Source: Planctomycetota bacterium (GTDB lineage: Bacteria > Planctomycetota > UBA1135 > UBA2386). From it: 64,000 nucleotides of DNA. Below the pieces are notes generated by a model that made no database searches, was not told the origin of the DNA, and saw nothing but the letters and a program-made list of their open reading frames with translations. Position 1 is the first letter of the stretch, and every line of letters begins with the position of its first letter. A program made the translations under genes and the position numbers. Shown piece after piece: positions 1 through 9,981 of the stretch. The stretch is from positions 2,304,001-2,368,000 of the forward strand of contig JBKAGP010000001.1 of NCBI GenBank assembly GCA_046290465.1. The letters run 5' to 3'.

Positions 1-1116
1 CACGTCGTCGCGCTGGTGCGCCAGCAGCCGCGGCAGGGCCGCGCGCAGTTCGGACAGCGAACCCGCGTTGAGCAGCGCGTCGAGCAACGGCACGCTGACG
101 GCCTCGTCGCGCGTCAGGTGCACTGCAAGCGCGGCGCGGGTCTCGTCGAGCCGGTGTGTCGCGGCGGCGACGACGCCGGCGACCGCCAGCAATTGCTCCG
201 GCCGGGCCTGCCGCACGAACGCGAGCACGTCGTCGAACACCCCCGGGTGCGTTGGCTGCATCGCCATCGCCAGCGCCACCAGTTCGCCCGACAGCCGCGA
301 GGAGCCGAGGCCCTTGCGCAGCTCCGGCCAGTGCTGCCCCATCAGGTCCGGACGCTTCGACAGCGCGCGCAGCGCCAGCGTCGACTGGGTGCCGTTGCCG
401 GCCGTGACCACCTTGGCCAGGCGCTCGCGGTACGCGGCCGACTGCGCCAGCAGCCGGTCGAACAGCGGTCGGCTGCTCCACGAGGCGCCTTCGAAGCAGC
501 GCATCGCCGCGTCGACGACGTCGGCCTCCGGCGCGCCGACGGCGTCCATCAGGAACGCGCGCGTGAACGCGCCGCTGCCGCGCTGGCCCTCGAAGCGCTG
601 GACCGCCGCGACCACGGCGGCGCGGTCGCGGCCGGCGAGCTCGACGATCACCTTCACGATCGCATCGTGCTCGGACGGCATCCAGACGCTGTTCTTGGCC
701 AGGATCCGGTCGATCGCGGCCAGGGCCTCTTCGGGCCGCGCCCGCAGCGCATCGGCGACGACCTCGCGTTCGCGGCTGTTGCCGGAGAGGCGCTCGAGCA
801 CCTCGTCGATGCCGACCGGCGCGAACGGCGCGACCGCCGAGAACGCCACCCGCAGCTCGTCGCGCGGCGTCTGCCGCAGCATCGCGACGATGCGCGGCAG
901 CTGCGGCCCGAACGTCGGCGCGTGCGTGACGACCGCGGTGAGCGCCTGCCGGCGCACCTGCACGCGGTCGTCCAGCAGCAGGTCGACGATGGCCGCGGCG
1001 TGGGCCTGCGCCTGCGCCCGGGTCAGCCCGGGATCCGCGACCAGCCGTTCGGCCTGTGCGAACGCGACGGTCGACAGCACGATAGGCACGGCAAGTCGGA
1101 GCAAGGTCTTCCCCAT
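1..1116 (-). CDS. Secreted HEAT/ARM-like helical protein, 3' end outside window
   Basis: Not in the ORF track because it has no stop in the window. Manual translation from ATG 1116 gives MGKTLLRLAVPIVLSTVAFAQAERLVADPG..., open for 372 codons to base 1. Signal peptide and Leu/Ala/Arg-rich helical composition. Confidence 0.8.
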   Translation of the reverse strand, partial: MGKTLLRLAVPIVLSTVAFAQAERLVADPGLTRAQAQAHAAAIVDLLLDDRVQVRRQALTAVVTHAPTFGPQLPRIVAMLRQTPRDELRVAFSAVAPFAPVGIDEVLERLSGNSREREVVADALRARPEEALAAIDRILAKNSVWMPSEHDAIVKVIVELAGRDRAAVVAAVQRFEGQRGSGAFTRAFLMDAVGAPEADVVDAAMRCFEGASWSSRPLFDRLLAQSAAYRERLAKVVTAGNGTQSTLALRALSKRPDLMGQHWPELRKGLGSSRLSGELVALAMAMQPTHPGVFDDVLAFVRQARPEQLLAVAGVVAAATHRLDETRAALAVHLTRDEAVSVPLLDALLNAGSLSELRAALPRLLAHQRDDV

Positions 1117-1135
1117 TCGCGTATCCTAGCGCGCG
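1117..1135. promoter_or_regulatory. Putative bidirectional -10 element for two leaderless divergent genes
   Basis: The 19-bp gap holds TATCCT (+, 1122-1127, 8 nt before ATG 1136) overlapping TAGGAT (-, 1128-1123, 6 nt before ATG 1116). Confidence 0.5.
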
Positions 1136-3487
1136 ATGATCCGCCTGCTGTCGAGAGTCGCAGCGTGCGCCTGGCTCACCGGCCTGCTGTCCGCCCAGGA
1201 CCAGCAGCTCGACGAGGTCCTCGCCCCGTTCCCCGACGACGACGTGCCGACGTTGCTGCTGCAGCTGCACGGCCCGTCCCACGAGCAGGCCGTCGAGCGG
1301 CTGGGCAAGAAGGGCCCGCGCGTGCACGTCTACCTGCTAGGCAAGGCGCGCCAGCCGCTGGTCCACAGCCACCGCGACTTCTCGGCCGCCTTCGGGGAGT
1401 TCGGACCGGACTGCGGCTGGGCGCTGCCGGCGATCCTCGACGCGGCCAGGGCGAAGTGGATGGCGACGACGCTGCAGGGCCTGGCCCGGCGACTCGGGCC
1501 CACGGGCCGCCCGGCGGCGCTGGTGAGCAACGGACCGTTCGCGCGGCGGCTGCGCCGCGAACTGCTGGCGTTGCCGGACGAAGCGGTCGAGCAGGTCCCG
1601 ATGCACGTCGAGGTGGTCGCCGCCGCCCACCGCGACGCGCTGCTGCAGCGACTGGCCGACGACGGCCGACCGGAGCGCTGGTGGCCGGCGCTGCAAGCGC
1701 TGCTGGCGATCGACCTCGAGGCGTCGCTGGCGGCGTGCGAGATCCTGCTGCCGCGCACGACAAGCAGCGACGCAGCGACCCGCAGCCGGTCCCGCGAACT
1801 GCTGCACGCGGTCCGCTGCTACCATGCGGCGTCGTCGATCATGGCGACGAAGTCGCTGCACCAGCTGCCGGTCGAGCTCGAGGACGAGCTGCTGCGGGCG
1901 GTGCTGGGCGCCTGCCCGTACGTGCCGCCGGCCAACGAACGACACCCGACCGGGCACGCGAGGTTGCCGCGCGAGATCGTCGCGAGCGACGCGCCGATCC
2001 ACCAGCTGGCGACGGCGCTGGCCGGCGCGATGCACAGCGCGCAGCCGCAGCGCACGGCGCAGGATCTCGACCGGCTGGCACGACTGGCCGCCGCCCGAGA
2101 CCCGCGCACCGCCAGGTTCGCCCGCGTGCTGGGCGGCGTCGTCTCCGAGAAGGAGCGCGCGTGGTTCGGCAAGCCGGTGTCCCGGATCGACCACGCCGCC
2201 GTGGAGCACGCGCGCAGGGCCGACCGAATGACGCTGCGCCGGTTCGGCCTGGCCCGGCTGCGGGAAGTGTTGGCCCAGATCGCGATGCCGCCCGGCCGGG
2301 CCGAGCCGGAGCAGGCGAAGGACGTCGCCGGCCGCATCCTGCAGGGCGCCGCGCGGCCATCGGGACGCCAGACGATCGACGAGCACCGTGCGCAGGAGTT
2401 CGTGCGGGTCCTGGTGCAGCGCATGCCCGCCCTGGTCGAAGCCACCGAGCTGACCGATGCCGACCACAGCAAGTTGGTCAAGTCGCTGTTCCGGGCCGAT
2501 GCGCTGGTGCCGGCGCTGTACCAATGGGCGTTCCTGCACGCCGAGACGAGCGCACCCAAGGGCCGCCGATCGCCCAACTACGTGCTGCCGGCCGCGTGTG
2601 CCGAGACCGTCGCCCAGGCACTCGCGTCGCCCGAACACCAGGACCGCGCGCTCGCGCTGCTGCACCTGCACAGCAACTACACCGTCTGGGTCGAGTTCTG
2701 CGACCAGCACGCCGAACGGCTGCTCGAGGTCGCCGCGCAGGCGCCGGAACGTCGCCGCCATCTGCTCGGCAGGCTGCTGCGCTACGGCAGCCGCGCCCGG
2801 GCCGTTGCCGAGCGCGCAATGCTCGACGAAGCTCTCGACGGCGAGCTGCGCGACGCGATCGCCAAGGACGTCGGCATCAACCCGAACTTCCCGCCGACGG
2901 CCGCGTTCGTGGTCGAGGCGCTGGCCTCCCCGCGGCAACCGCTGCGCCGGCACGCGCTGTGGGCCGCGCCGTTCGTCGCCGACGACAAGCCGGCGGTGGC
3001 GGCGGCGCTGCTCGAGCTGACGACGACCACCGACGAGGCGCTGCTGCGCCAGGTGCTCGGCAACCTCGGCCGGCTGCGCGCGGACAGCGCGCGCACCACG
3101 ATCGAGGGGTTCCTCGGCCACAACGCGCACGAGGTGCGGCGCGACGCCGCGATCGCGCTGCTGCAGTTCGACGAGCGCGACGACGCCGCGTTCGGCGAGC
3201 TGCGGCGCCAGCTCGACGACGGCGACGCCGACCGACGCCGGATCGTCTGGTCCGCGATCTCGCAGGCCGAGGGCGCCAGCGCCCGCTTCCTCGAACGCGC
3301 CGTCGAGGACCTGATCGACGCCGACGACCTGCAGTCGCAGTGGCGGCTGACGCGGGTGGTGCGCAGCGCCCATGCACGCCGGCCCGACGACGCACGCGCG
3401 ACGTTGCTCCGGCTGACCCGCTGCGGCGTGTCGGTGATCGAGCAGGGAGCCGAGCAGGCGCTGAAGCAGCTCGATCGCAAGCGGTAG
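1136..3487 (+). CDS. Secreted HEAT-repeat protein (783 aa)
   Basis: Signal peptide (...LTGLLSAQ). C-terminal HEAT-like units such as LLRQVLGNLGRL and EVRRDAAIALLQF. Confidence 0.75.
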   Translation: MIRLLSRVAACAWLTGLLSAQDQQLDEVLAPFPDDDVPTLLLQLHGPSHEQAVERLGKKGPRVHVYLLGKARQPLVHSHRDFSAAFGEFGPDCGWALPAILDAARAKWMATTLQGLARRLGPTGRPAALVSNGPFARRLRRELLALPDEAVEQVPMHVEVVAAAHRDALLQRLADDGRPERWWPALQALLAIDLEASLAACEILLPRTTSSDAATRSRSRELLHAVRCYHAASSIMATKSLHQLPVELEDELLRAVLGACPYVPPANERHPTGHARLPREIVASDAPIHQLATALAGAMHSAQPQRTAQDLDRLARLAAARDPRTARFARVLGGVVSEKERAWFGKPVSRIDHAAVEHARRADRMTLRRFGLARLREVLAQIAMPPGRAEPEQAKDVAGRILQGAARPSGRQTIDEHRAQEFVRVLVQRMPALVEATELTDADHSKLVKSLFRADALVPALYQWAFLHAETSAPKGRRSPNYVLPAACAETVAQALASPEHQDRALALLHLHSNYTVWVEFCDQHAERLLEVAAQAPERRRHLLGRLLRYGSRARAVAERAMLDEALDGELRDAIAKDVGINPNFPPTAAFVVEALASPRQPLRRHALWAAPFVADDKPAVAAALLELTTTTDEALLRQVLGNLGRLRADSARTTIEGFLGHNAHEVRRDAAIALLQFDERDDAAFGELRRQLDDGDADRRRIVWSAISQAEGASARFLERAVEDLIDADDLQSQWRLTRVVRSAHARRPDDARATLLRLTRCGVSVIEQGAEQALKQLDRKR

Positions 3488-3534
3488 GCGGGCGCGGGCC
3501 GCTCGCCGCCGATGCATGCCCCGACGCACGCAGA

Positions 3535-4662
3535 CTAGATGTTGCGCAGACGCACCGCCCCGGTCGGGCAGTTGCGTTCGCACGCCATGTCGCGCGTGCA
3601 CTCGTAGTTGTGCAGCTTGCGCACGACGTCCCCCACCGGCACCTGTGCATAGCCGTGCGTCGCGCAGGTCGCCGCGCAGATGCCGCAGTGAATGCACGCG
3701 TTCATGTCGACGTCGAGGTGCACGTGGTCGCGTGGCCGCTGCACCAGCCGGTCCTCCTCGGCGACGACCTCGGGCGCGCACAGGTAGCGCGTCAGCGGGT
3801 GGGTCGTCAGCGCCTCGATCGCCTCACGTTCGCCGATGCGCACGATCTCGTGCACGTCCGGCATCTCGAGCAGCGGCAGGTGCGAGACCTTCGGCTTGAT
3901 CAACACGGTGCGGTCGTCGACGAACCGGTGCAGGTTGGCCTCGTTGAGCGCCAGCCCCATCACCTCGTAGGTCTGGAACAGGATGTGCGGCAACGTCGCG
4001 CGGTAGTCGGTCGGCTTGTGCAGGTCGCGGTGCGACAGGTCGACGGCGATCACCAGGTCGGCCTCGCGCGCCTTGGCGATGCGCAGCGCCAGCGTCTCGG
4101 TCATGCCGCCGTCGATGTAGTGGTCGCCGTCGATCTCGGCCGGCTCGAAGATCGTCGGCAGGCAGGCGCTGGCGTAGACCGCGTCGGCGACCGCCATCCG
4201 GCGCGCTCCCGGCATGCCGAAGAAGCGCGTCGCGCCGGTCGACAGCGACAGCGCGTTGCAGAAGAACGGCATCGCCAGCTCGTCGAACGACTGCTGCGGC
4301 AACCAGCGGGTCAGCAGCTTCTTGAACGCCTTGCCCTTGTAGACCGAAGCGTGGCGGTAGCCGCGCACCAGGAACTTGACGAGGTTCAGCCGGAAGTAGT
4401 CCTTCAACGACACGTCCTGCGCCGCCTGCTCCATCGCCTTGCTGTCGTGGCCGCCGGCGAACAGCCCGCCCATCACCGCGCCCATCGAGGTGCCGACGAC
4501 CTCGTCGACGTGCAGGCCGAGGCGCTCGATCGCGCGCACGACCCCGATATGGGTGAAGCCACGCATGCCGCCGCCGCCCAGCACCAGCACGGTGCGGCGC
4601 GGCCGGTGGGCGCCGGGACGCGGTGCCGCGGGGTTTTCCTGAGGTGTCTCGGAATCGCTCAC
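3535..4662 (-). CDS. Patatin-like phospholipase fused to a C-terminal 4Fe-4S ferredoxin domain
   Basis: GGGGMRG, GTSMG and DGG patatin motifs. C-terminal CIHCGICAATC and CTRDMACERNCP. Confidence 0.9.
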   Translation of the reverse strand: MSDSETPQENPAAPRPGAHRPRRTVLVLGGGGMRGFTHIGVVRAIERLGLHVDEVVGTSMGAVMGGLFAGGHDSKAMEQAAQDVSLKDYFRLNLVKFLVRGYRHASVYKGKAFKKLLTRWLPQQSFDELAMPFFCNALSLSTGATRFFGMPGARRMAVADAVYASACLPTIFEPAEIDGDHYIDGGMTETLALRIAKAREADLVIAVDLSHRDLHKPTDYRATLPHILFQTYEVMGLALNEANLHRFVDDRTVLIKPKVSHLPLLEMPDVHEIVRIGEREAIEALTTHPLTRYLCAPEVVAEEDRLVQRPRDHVHLDVDMNACIHCGICAATCATHGYAQVPVGDVVRKLHNYECTRDMACERNCPTGAVRLRNI

Positions 4663-4801
4663 GATGTTGCCGAGGGCGCCATGGCGACGGACCGGTGGCC
4701 ACCCTCTTCCTTTCTAGATCGGTTCGTCGTGGAGGTTGCCTGAAGGACGCAACCCGCGGCGGTCGAAGACTAGTACTGACACCTGGGAGGACTCAGTTCC
4801 G

Positions 4802-6286
4802 ATGACGGCCTGGCAACGAATGCATCGCCTGCCGCGCGGCGAGCAACGCGCGGCACAAGGCGCGCTCCTACAGCGCTACGTGCGCGAATATCTCTACCCG
4901 TTCAGCCCCTACTACCGGGCGCTGTTCGATCAGGCCGGGGTCAAGCCCGACCAGATCCGCACCGTCGACGACCTGCGGCGCGTGCCGTTGTCGAGCAAGC
5001 GCGACCTGCTGCCGACCGACGACGACCCGCAGCGGTTCAAGCAGTTCATCCTGCAGCCGGATCCGGCGACGCTGAAGGCCGCCTGGCCGCTGAAGAAGAA
5101 GCTGCCGCTGCTGTGGCAGAAGTGGACGCAGGGCGCAGCCGCCGTGAAGCGCCGCGTGCGCGACGAGTTCGCGCCGTGCTTCATGACGTTCACGACCGGT
5201 CGCTCGGCCGAGCCGGTGCCGTTCTTCTACTCGCCGCACGACATCCAGAACCTGCACGACACCGGCGCGCGGCTGGTCGACGTGATGAACCTGGACACCG
5301 AATACCGGATCGCGAACGTGTTCCCATACGCGCCGCACCTCGCGTTCTGGCAGGTGTTCTTCGCCGGCCAGGCGACCGGGATGATGGCGCTGTCGACCGG
5401 CGGCGGCAAGGTGATGGGCTCGACCGGCGACCTGCGCGCGATCTCACGGCTGCGCGCCGACGCGCTGATCGGCGTGCCCGGCTACGTCTACCACCTGCTG
5501 CGCCGCGCCGTCGCCGACGGCGTCGACCTGTCGTCGATCCGCTGCGTCGTGCTCGGCGCCGAACGGGTGCCGCCGGGCCTCAAGGACAAGATCACGCAGC
5601 TGCTGGCCGCGACCGGCGCGCACGACGTGCGCGTGTTCGGCACCTACGGCTTCACCGAGGCGCGCATGGCCTGGGCCGAGTGTCCGACCAAGGAAAACGC
5701 CTACACCGGCTACCACCTCTATCCGGACCTCGCCATCTTCGAGGTCATCGACCCGGAGACCGGCGAGGTCGTGCCGGACGGCTGTGACGGCGAACTGGTG
5801 TTCACGCCGCTGAACGCGCGCGCCAGCACCGTGTTCCGCTACCGCACCGGCGACCGCGTGCGCGGGGGCCTGCAGTGGGAGCCGTGCCCCCACTGCGGCC
5901 GCACCGTGCCGCGCATCTCGAGCGACCTGAGCCGCGAGTCCAACCTCAAGGACCTGCAGCTGCTCAAGGTCAAGGGCACGCTCGTCAACCTCGAGGACTG
6001 CGCCATGCTGCTGTCGGACATGGCCGAGGTCGAGGAGTGGCAGATCGAGCTGCGCAAGAAGGACGACGACCCGCACGAGGTCGACGAGATGATCGTGCAC
6101 CTCGCGGTCAAGACCGGCTGCTCCGAGGACGTCGCCGCCGAACGCGTGCAAGACCTGTTCAAGAGCCGGCTGGAGATCGCGCCGAACCAGGTCGAGTTCC
6201 TCGGCCTCGACTCTATGCTGCGCAAGATCGGCATGGAGACCGAGATGAAGGAGAAGCGCTTCGTCGACGCGAGGCCGCAGGCATGA
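4802..6286 (+). CDS. Phenylacetate-CoA ligase (PaaK)-like AMP-dependent ligase
   Basis: TTGRSAEP, GTYGFTE and RYRTGD motifs. GGGAGG RBS upstream of ATG 4802. Confidence 0.85.
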   Translation: MTAWQRMHRLPRGEQRAAQGALLQRYVREYLYPFSPYYRALFDQAGVKPDQIRTVDDLRRVPLSSKRDLLPTDDDPQRFKQFILQPDPATLKAAWPLKKKLPLLWQKWTQGAAAVKRRVRDEFAPCFMTFTTGRSAEPVPFFYSPHDIQNLHDTGARLVDVMNLDTEYRIANVFPYAPHLAFWQVFFAGQATGMMALSTGGGKVMGSTGDLRAISRLRADALIGVPGYVYHLLRRAVADGVDLSSIRCVVLGAERVPPGLKDKITQLLAATGAHDVRVFGTYGFTEARMAWAECPTKENAYTGYHLYPDLAIFEVIDPETGEVVPDGCDGELVFTPLNARASTVFRYRTGDRVRGGLQWEPCPHCGRTVPRISSDLSRESNLKDLQLLKVKGTLVNLEDCAMLLSDMAEVEEWQIELRKKDDDPHEVDEMIVHLAVKTGCSEDVAAERVQDLFKSRLEIAPNQVEFLGLDSMLRKIGMETEMKEKRFVDARPQA

Positions 6287-7593
6287 CCGCGAAGAAGAAC
6301 AGCCGTTCGCGCGACATGGCGATCGTCGCCGGTCTGCGCACCCCGTTCTGCAAGGTCAACGGCGCGCTGCAGGGTGCGTCGGCCGCCGACCTCGCCAGCC
6401 ACGCGTTCCGCGAGCTGCTCGACCGCACCAACGTGCGACGCGAGGAGATCGACGAGGTGATCCTCGGCTGCGCCGGCCCCGATGCCCGCGAGGCCAACGT
6501 CGCGCGGGTCGCGGCGCTGCGCAGCGGGCTGCCGGAGACGACGCCGGCGGTCACCGTGATGCGCAACTGCGCGTCCGGCATGGAGGCCGTGATGGCCGCC
6601 AAGCAGAAGCTGGCAGCCGGCGAGGGCGAGGTGTTCCTGGTCGGCGGCGCCGAGTCGATGAGCAACTTCCCGCTGATGATGGGACCGAAGCTGGTCCGGT
6701 TCTTCCAGCGGCTCGGCAAGGCCCGCTCGTTTGGGCAACGGCTGGCGGCGATGGCGAGCTTCCGGCCGAGCTCGATGAAGCCGCGCATCGCGATCGTCGA
6801 AGGCCTGACCGACCCCACCACCGGGTTGATGATGGGCAACACCGCCGAGAAGGTCGCGCAGCGGTTCGGCATCGACCGACAGGCGATGGACGCCTACGCG
6901 CTGCAGAGCCACCAGCGCGCCACCGCGGCGCTGCAGAGCGACCGCTTCGTGCGCGAGGTCGTGCCGATGGTCGCCCCGCCGACGTTCCGCCAGGCGGTCG
7001 CCGCCGACGACGGCGTGCGCACCGAGCAGACCATCGAGGCGCTGCAGAAGCTGCGCCCGGTGTTCGACAAGCGCGAGGGCGACGTCACCGTCGGCAACAG
7101 CTGCCAGGTGACCGACGGCGCCGTGGCGCTGCTGGTCACGTCGCTGTCGAAGGCCAAGAAGCTCGGCCTCGAGCCACTCGCGATCATCCGCGCGACCGCG
7201 ACCGCGGCGCTGTCGCCCGAGACCATGGGCCTCGGCCCGGTGCACGCGACGCCGCTGGCGCTGGCGCGCGCCGGCATCGGGTTCGGCGACGTCGACCTGT
7301 TCGAACTGAACGAGGCGTTCGCCGCGCAGGTGCTCGGTTGCCAGCGGGCGTTCGCCGACGACGACTACTGCCGCGACGTGGTCGGACTCGAGGCCGCCAT
7401 CGGCGAACTCGACCCGGCGCGCCTCAACGTCAACGGCGGCGCGATCGCGCTCGGCCACCCGATCGCGGCGACCGGCGCCAGGCTGTTGCTGACGCTCGCC
7501 CACCAACTCCGACAACAGGACGCCCGCTACGGCGTCGCCACGCTGTGCATCGGTGGCGGCCAGGGCCAGGCCATCGTGCTGGAGGCCGCATGA
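6283..7593 (+). CDS. fadI: Acetyl-CoA C-acyltransferase (3-ketoacyl-CoA thiolase, FadI type)
   Basis: NCASG, NEAFA, GHP and LCIGGG motifs. ATGA overlap with the upstream gene. Confidence 0.9.
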   Translation: MTAKKNSRSRDMAIVAGLRTPFCKVNGALQGASAADLASHAFRELLDRTNVRREEIDEVILGCAGPDAREANVARVAALRSGLPETTPAVTVMRNCASGMEAVMAAKQKLAAGEGEVFLVGGAESMSNFPLMMGPKLVRFFQRLGKARSFGQRLAAMASFRPSSMKPRIAIVEGLTDPTTGLMMGNTAEKVAQRFGIDRQAMDAYALQSHQRATAALQSDRFVREVVPMVAPPTFRQAVAADDGVRTEQTIEALQKLRPVFDKREGDVTVGNSCQVTDGAVALLVTSLSKAKKLGLEPLAIIRATATAALSPETMGLGPVHATPLALARAGIGFGDVDLFELNEAFAAQVLGCQRAFADDDYCRDVVGLEAAIGELDPARLNVNGGAIALGHPIAATGARLLLTLAHQLRQQDARYGVATLCIGGGQGQAIVLEAA

Positions 7594-9767
7594 GCACCGT
7601 CGACGACGAGAAGACCGACCAGACCGAGGAAGCCGTGCAGGAGACGACGCCGACCGCGGTGACGCTGGACCAGATCGTGCTCGCCGTGCAGGACGGCGTC
7701 GCGACGCTTCGGCTCGGCCGTGAGGACGAGTCGATCGTGACGCTGACCGAGGACCGGATCGCGCAGTTCGAGGCGGCGGTCGAGCAGCTGCTGCGCCGCG
7801 ACGACCTGCGCGGCGTGATCGTCACCGGCCCGAAGCCGGCGATGTTCTGCGCCGGCGCCGACGTCAACCTGATCCGCGACGTCACCGACCCGGCCGACGG
7901 CGAACGCGCCGCGATCCGCGGCCGTTCGGTGTTCGCCCGGCTGCAGGACCTGAAGGTTCCGGTGGTGGCCGCGATCGAAGGGCCGTGCCTCGGCGGCGGC
8001 CTCGAGCTGGCGCTGTTCTGCGACGTGCGCGTCGCCAGCGACCACAGGAGCACCCAGATCGGCCTGCCCGAGGTCAAGCTCGGCATCGTGCCGGGCTTCG
8101 GCGGCACCCAGAACCTGACGCGCCTGGTCGGCCTGCCCAAGGCGCTCGAACTGATCCTCAACGGCAAGCTGCTGCGCGGCAAGCAGGCCGTGCGCAACCG
8201 CGTCGTCGACCGGCTGGTGCCGGCCAGCAAGCTGCTGGTCGCCGCCCGCGAGGAGATCGACCGGCTGGCGAACCGACAGCGCAAGCGCCCGACGCGCAAG
8301 CTGCGCGGCATGGCGTGGTGGCTCAGCCACACGCCGCTGCGCGCGCTCGCCGTGCGCGCCGCCAACAAGCTGCTCGACAAGGGCCAGGCCCGCTTCTACC
8401 CGGCGCCGAAGGCCGCGCTGCGATGCTGCGTCGACGCGCTGCGTCGGCCGGTCGCCGAGGGCTTCGCGCGCGAGGCCAGGGCGCTCGGCGAGATGATCGT
8501 CACCGACGTCAGCAAGGGCCTGGTGCACCTGTTCTTCCTGACCGAGCGGCAGAAGCGGCTCGGCCGCCACGAGCAGGCCCGCGACGTCCGCCGCGCGCTG
8601 GTCGTCGGCGGCGGCGTGATGGGCGCCGGCATCGCCGGCCAGCTGGCCAGCAAGGGCATCGCGACGCGCCTGGTCGACATGGCGCTCGAGCCGCTGGCGG
8701 CCGCCAAGGCGCGCCTGCAGAAGGGCCTCGACAAGCTGCTCCGGCGGCGCCGCATCGAACGCCACGACGCGGTCGCGACGCAGGACCGGCTGGCGGTGTC
8801 GACGTCGGCCGGACACCTGCGCGACACCGACCTGTGGCTCGAAGCCGTCGTCGAACGGCTCGACGTCAAGCAGAAGCTGATGTCCGACGCGATCGCGCAG
8901 GGCCTGCCCGACGACGCGATCGTCGCGACCAACACGTCGTCGCTGTCGGTCACCGCGATGCAGCAGGAGGTCGGCCACCCCGAACGGGTCGTCGGCGTGC
9001 ACTTCTTCAACCCGCCCGAGAAGATGCCGCTGGTCGAGGTGATCCGCGGCAAGCGCACCGGCGAGGCCGCGGTCGCGACCGCGTGCCGGCTGGCGCTGCG
9101 GCTCGGCAAGTTCCCGATCGTCGTCGAGGACTCGCCCGGCTTCCTGGTCAACCGCTGCCTGTCGCCCTACATCAACGAGGCCGCGCGCATGCTGCTCGAG
9201 GGCACCAGCCCCGAGGCGATCGACCAGGCGATGCTCGACTTCGGCATGCCGATGGGGCCGTGCCGGCTGCTCGACGAGGTCGGCTTCGACGTGGCCGACA
9301 AGGTCAGCGAGGTCATGCATGCCGCGTTCGCCGACCGCATGCAGCCGTGCGAGCTGTTCTCGGCGATGGTCGCGGCCAACGCGCTCGGCCAGAAGACCGA
9401 CGGCGGCATCTACGGCAAGGGCGGCGAGGGCAAGGGACCCGGCCGCACGGTGATCGAGTCGCTGCGTCGCCAGCGCGGCACGCCGGCGCGCGAGGCGTCG
9501 CGCTCGGAGCTGATGCATCGGCTGGTCTACCCGCTGGTCGACGAGGCCTACCGCTGCCTCGACGAGGGCCTGGTCCAGGACGAACAGGATCTCGACCTCG
9601 GCCTGGTCATGGGCATCGGCTTCCCGCCGTTCACCGGCGGCATCACGCGCTTCGCGAACAAGGCCGGCCTCGGCAAGATCGTCTCGAAGCTGGACGAGCT
9701 CGGCCGCGTGCTCGACCCGCGATTCGCGCCCAGCGACGGCCTGCGTCGCCGCGCGATCGACGACTGA
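7590..9767 (+). CDS. fadJ: Fatty acid oxidation complex alpha subunit (enoyl-CoA hydratase / 3-hydroxyacyl-CoA dehydrogenase)
   Basis: FCAGAD, GGGLE and PEVKLG crotonase motifs. GGGVMG, TNTSS and HFFNP dehydrogenase motifs. ATGA overlap. Confidence 0.92.
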   Translation: MSTVDDEKTDQTEEAVQETTPTAVTLDQIVLAVQDGVATLRLGREDESIVTLTEDRIAQFEAAVEQLLRRDDLRGVIVTGPKPAMFCAGADVNLIRDVTDPADGERAAIRGRSVFARLQDLKVPVVAAIEGPCLGGGLELALFCDVRVASDHRSTQIGLPEVKLGIVPGFGGTQNLTRLVGLPKALELILNGKLLRGKQAVRNRVVDRLVPASKLLVAAREEIDRLANRQRKRPTRKLRGMAWWLSHTPLRALAVRAANKLLDKGQARFYPAPKAALRCCVDALRRPVAEGFAREARALGEMIVTDVSKGLVHLFFLTERQKRLGRHEQARDVRRALVVGGGVMGAGIAGQLASKGIATRLVDMALEPLAAAKARLQKGLDKLLRRRRIERHDAVATQDRLAVSTSAGHLRDTDLWLEAVVERLDVKQKLMSDAIAQGLPDDAIVATNTSSLSVTAMQQEVGHPERVVGVHFFNPPEKMPLVEVIRGKRTGEAAVATACRLALRLGKFPIVVEDSPGFLVNRCLSPYINEAARMLLEGTSPEAIDQAMLDFGMPMGPCRLLDEVGFDVADKVSEVMHAAFADRMQPCELFSAMVAANALGQKTDGGIYGKGGEGKGPGRTVIESLRRQRGTPAREASRSELMHRLVYPLVDEAYRCLDEGLVQDEQDLDLGLVMGIGFPPFTGGITRFANKAGLGKIVSKLDELGRVLDPRFAPSDGLRRRAIDD

Positions 9768-9981
9768 GGAGAACAACCAACACTGCCAAGGGCGCTTCCG
9801 TAACATGCGCTCCGGCGGACTGGGAGGTCCCTCAGACCTTTTGCGAAACTGTTCGGAGTAACTGATCTAAAAGAACTTGCGCTGCGCTGATCCGCTACGG
9901 ACGCGCCCCCGGTCGAGCCGATCCAAGGGTGCGTCCAGACCACGTCGGCGGGCGCTCTTTGACCAACCGAGGTAGTCGTCT

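Noticed and set aside
3484..3510. GTAG followed by a hairpin after stop codons (also 26463)
   Set aside because: No similarity to the RAYT IR beyond 4-7 nt, and GC-rich hairpins after TAG stops are expected by chance or as terminators.
3535..4662. Patatin as an anti-phage (CBASS CapV-like) effector
   Set aside because: No cyclase or other defence genes nearby. The context is lipid catabolism.
16..4743. 1575-aa ORF and other very long alternative-frame ORFs (e.g. 37953-41636, 26770-29772, 44772-47738)
   Set aside because: Arg/Ala/Pro-rich shadow frames typical of ~70% GC DNA. They overlap well-supported genes and have no motifs.
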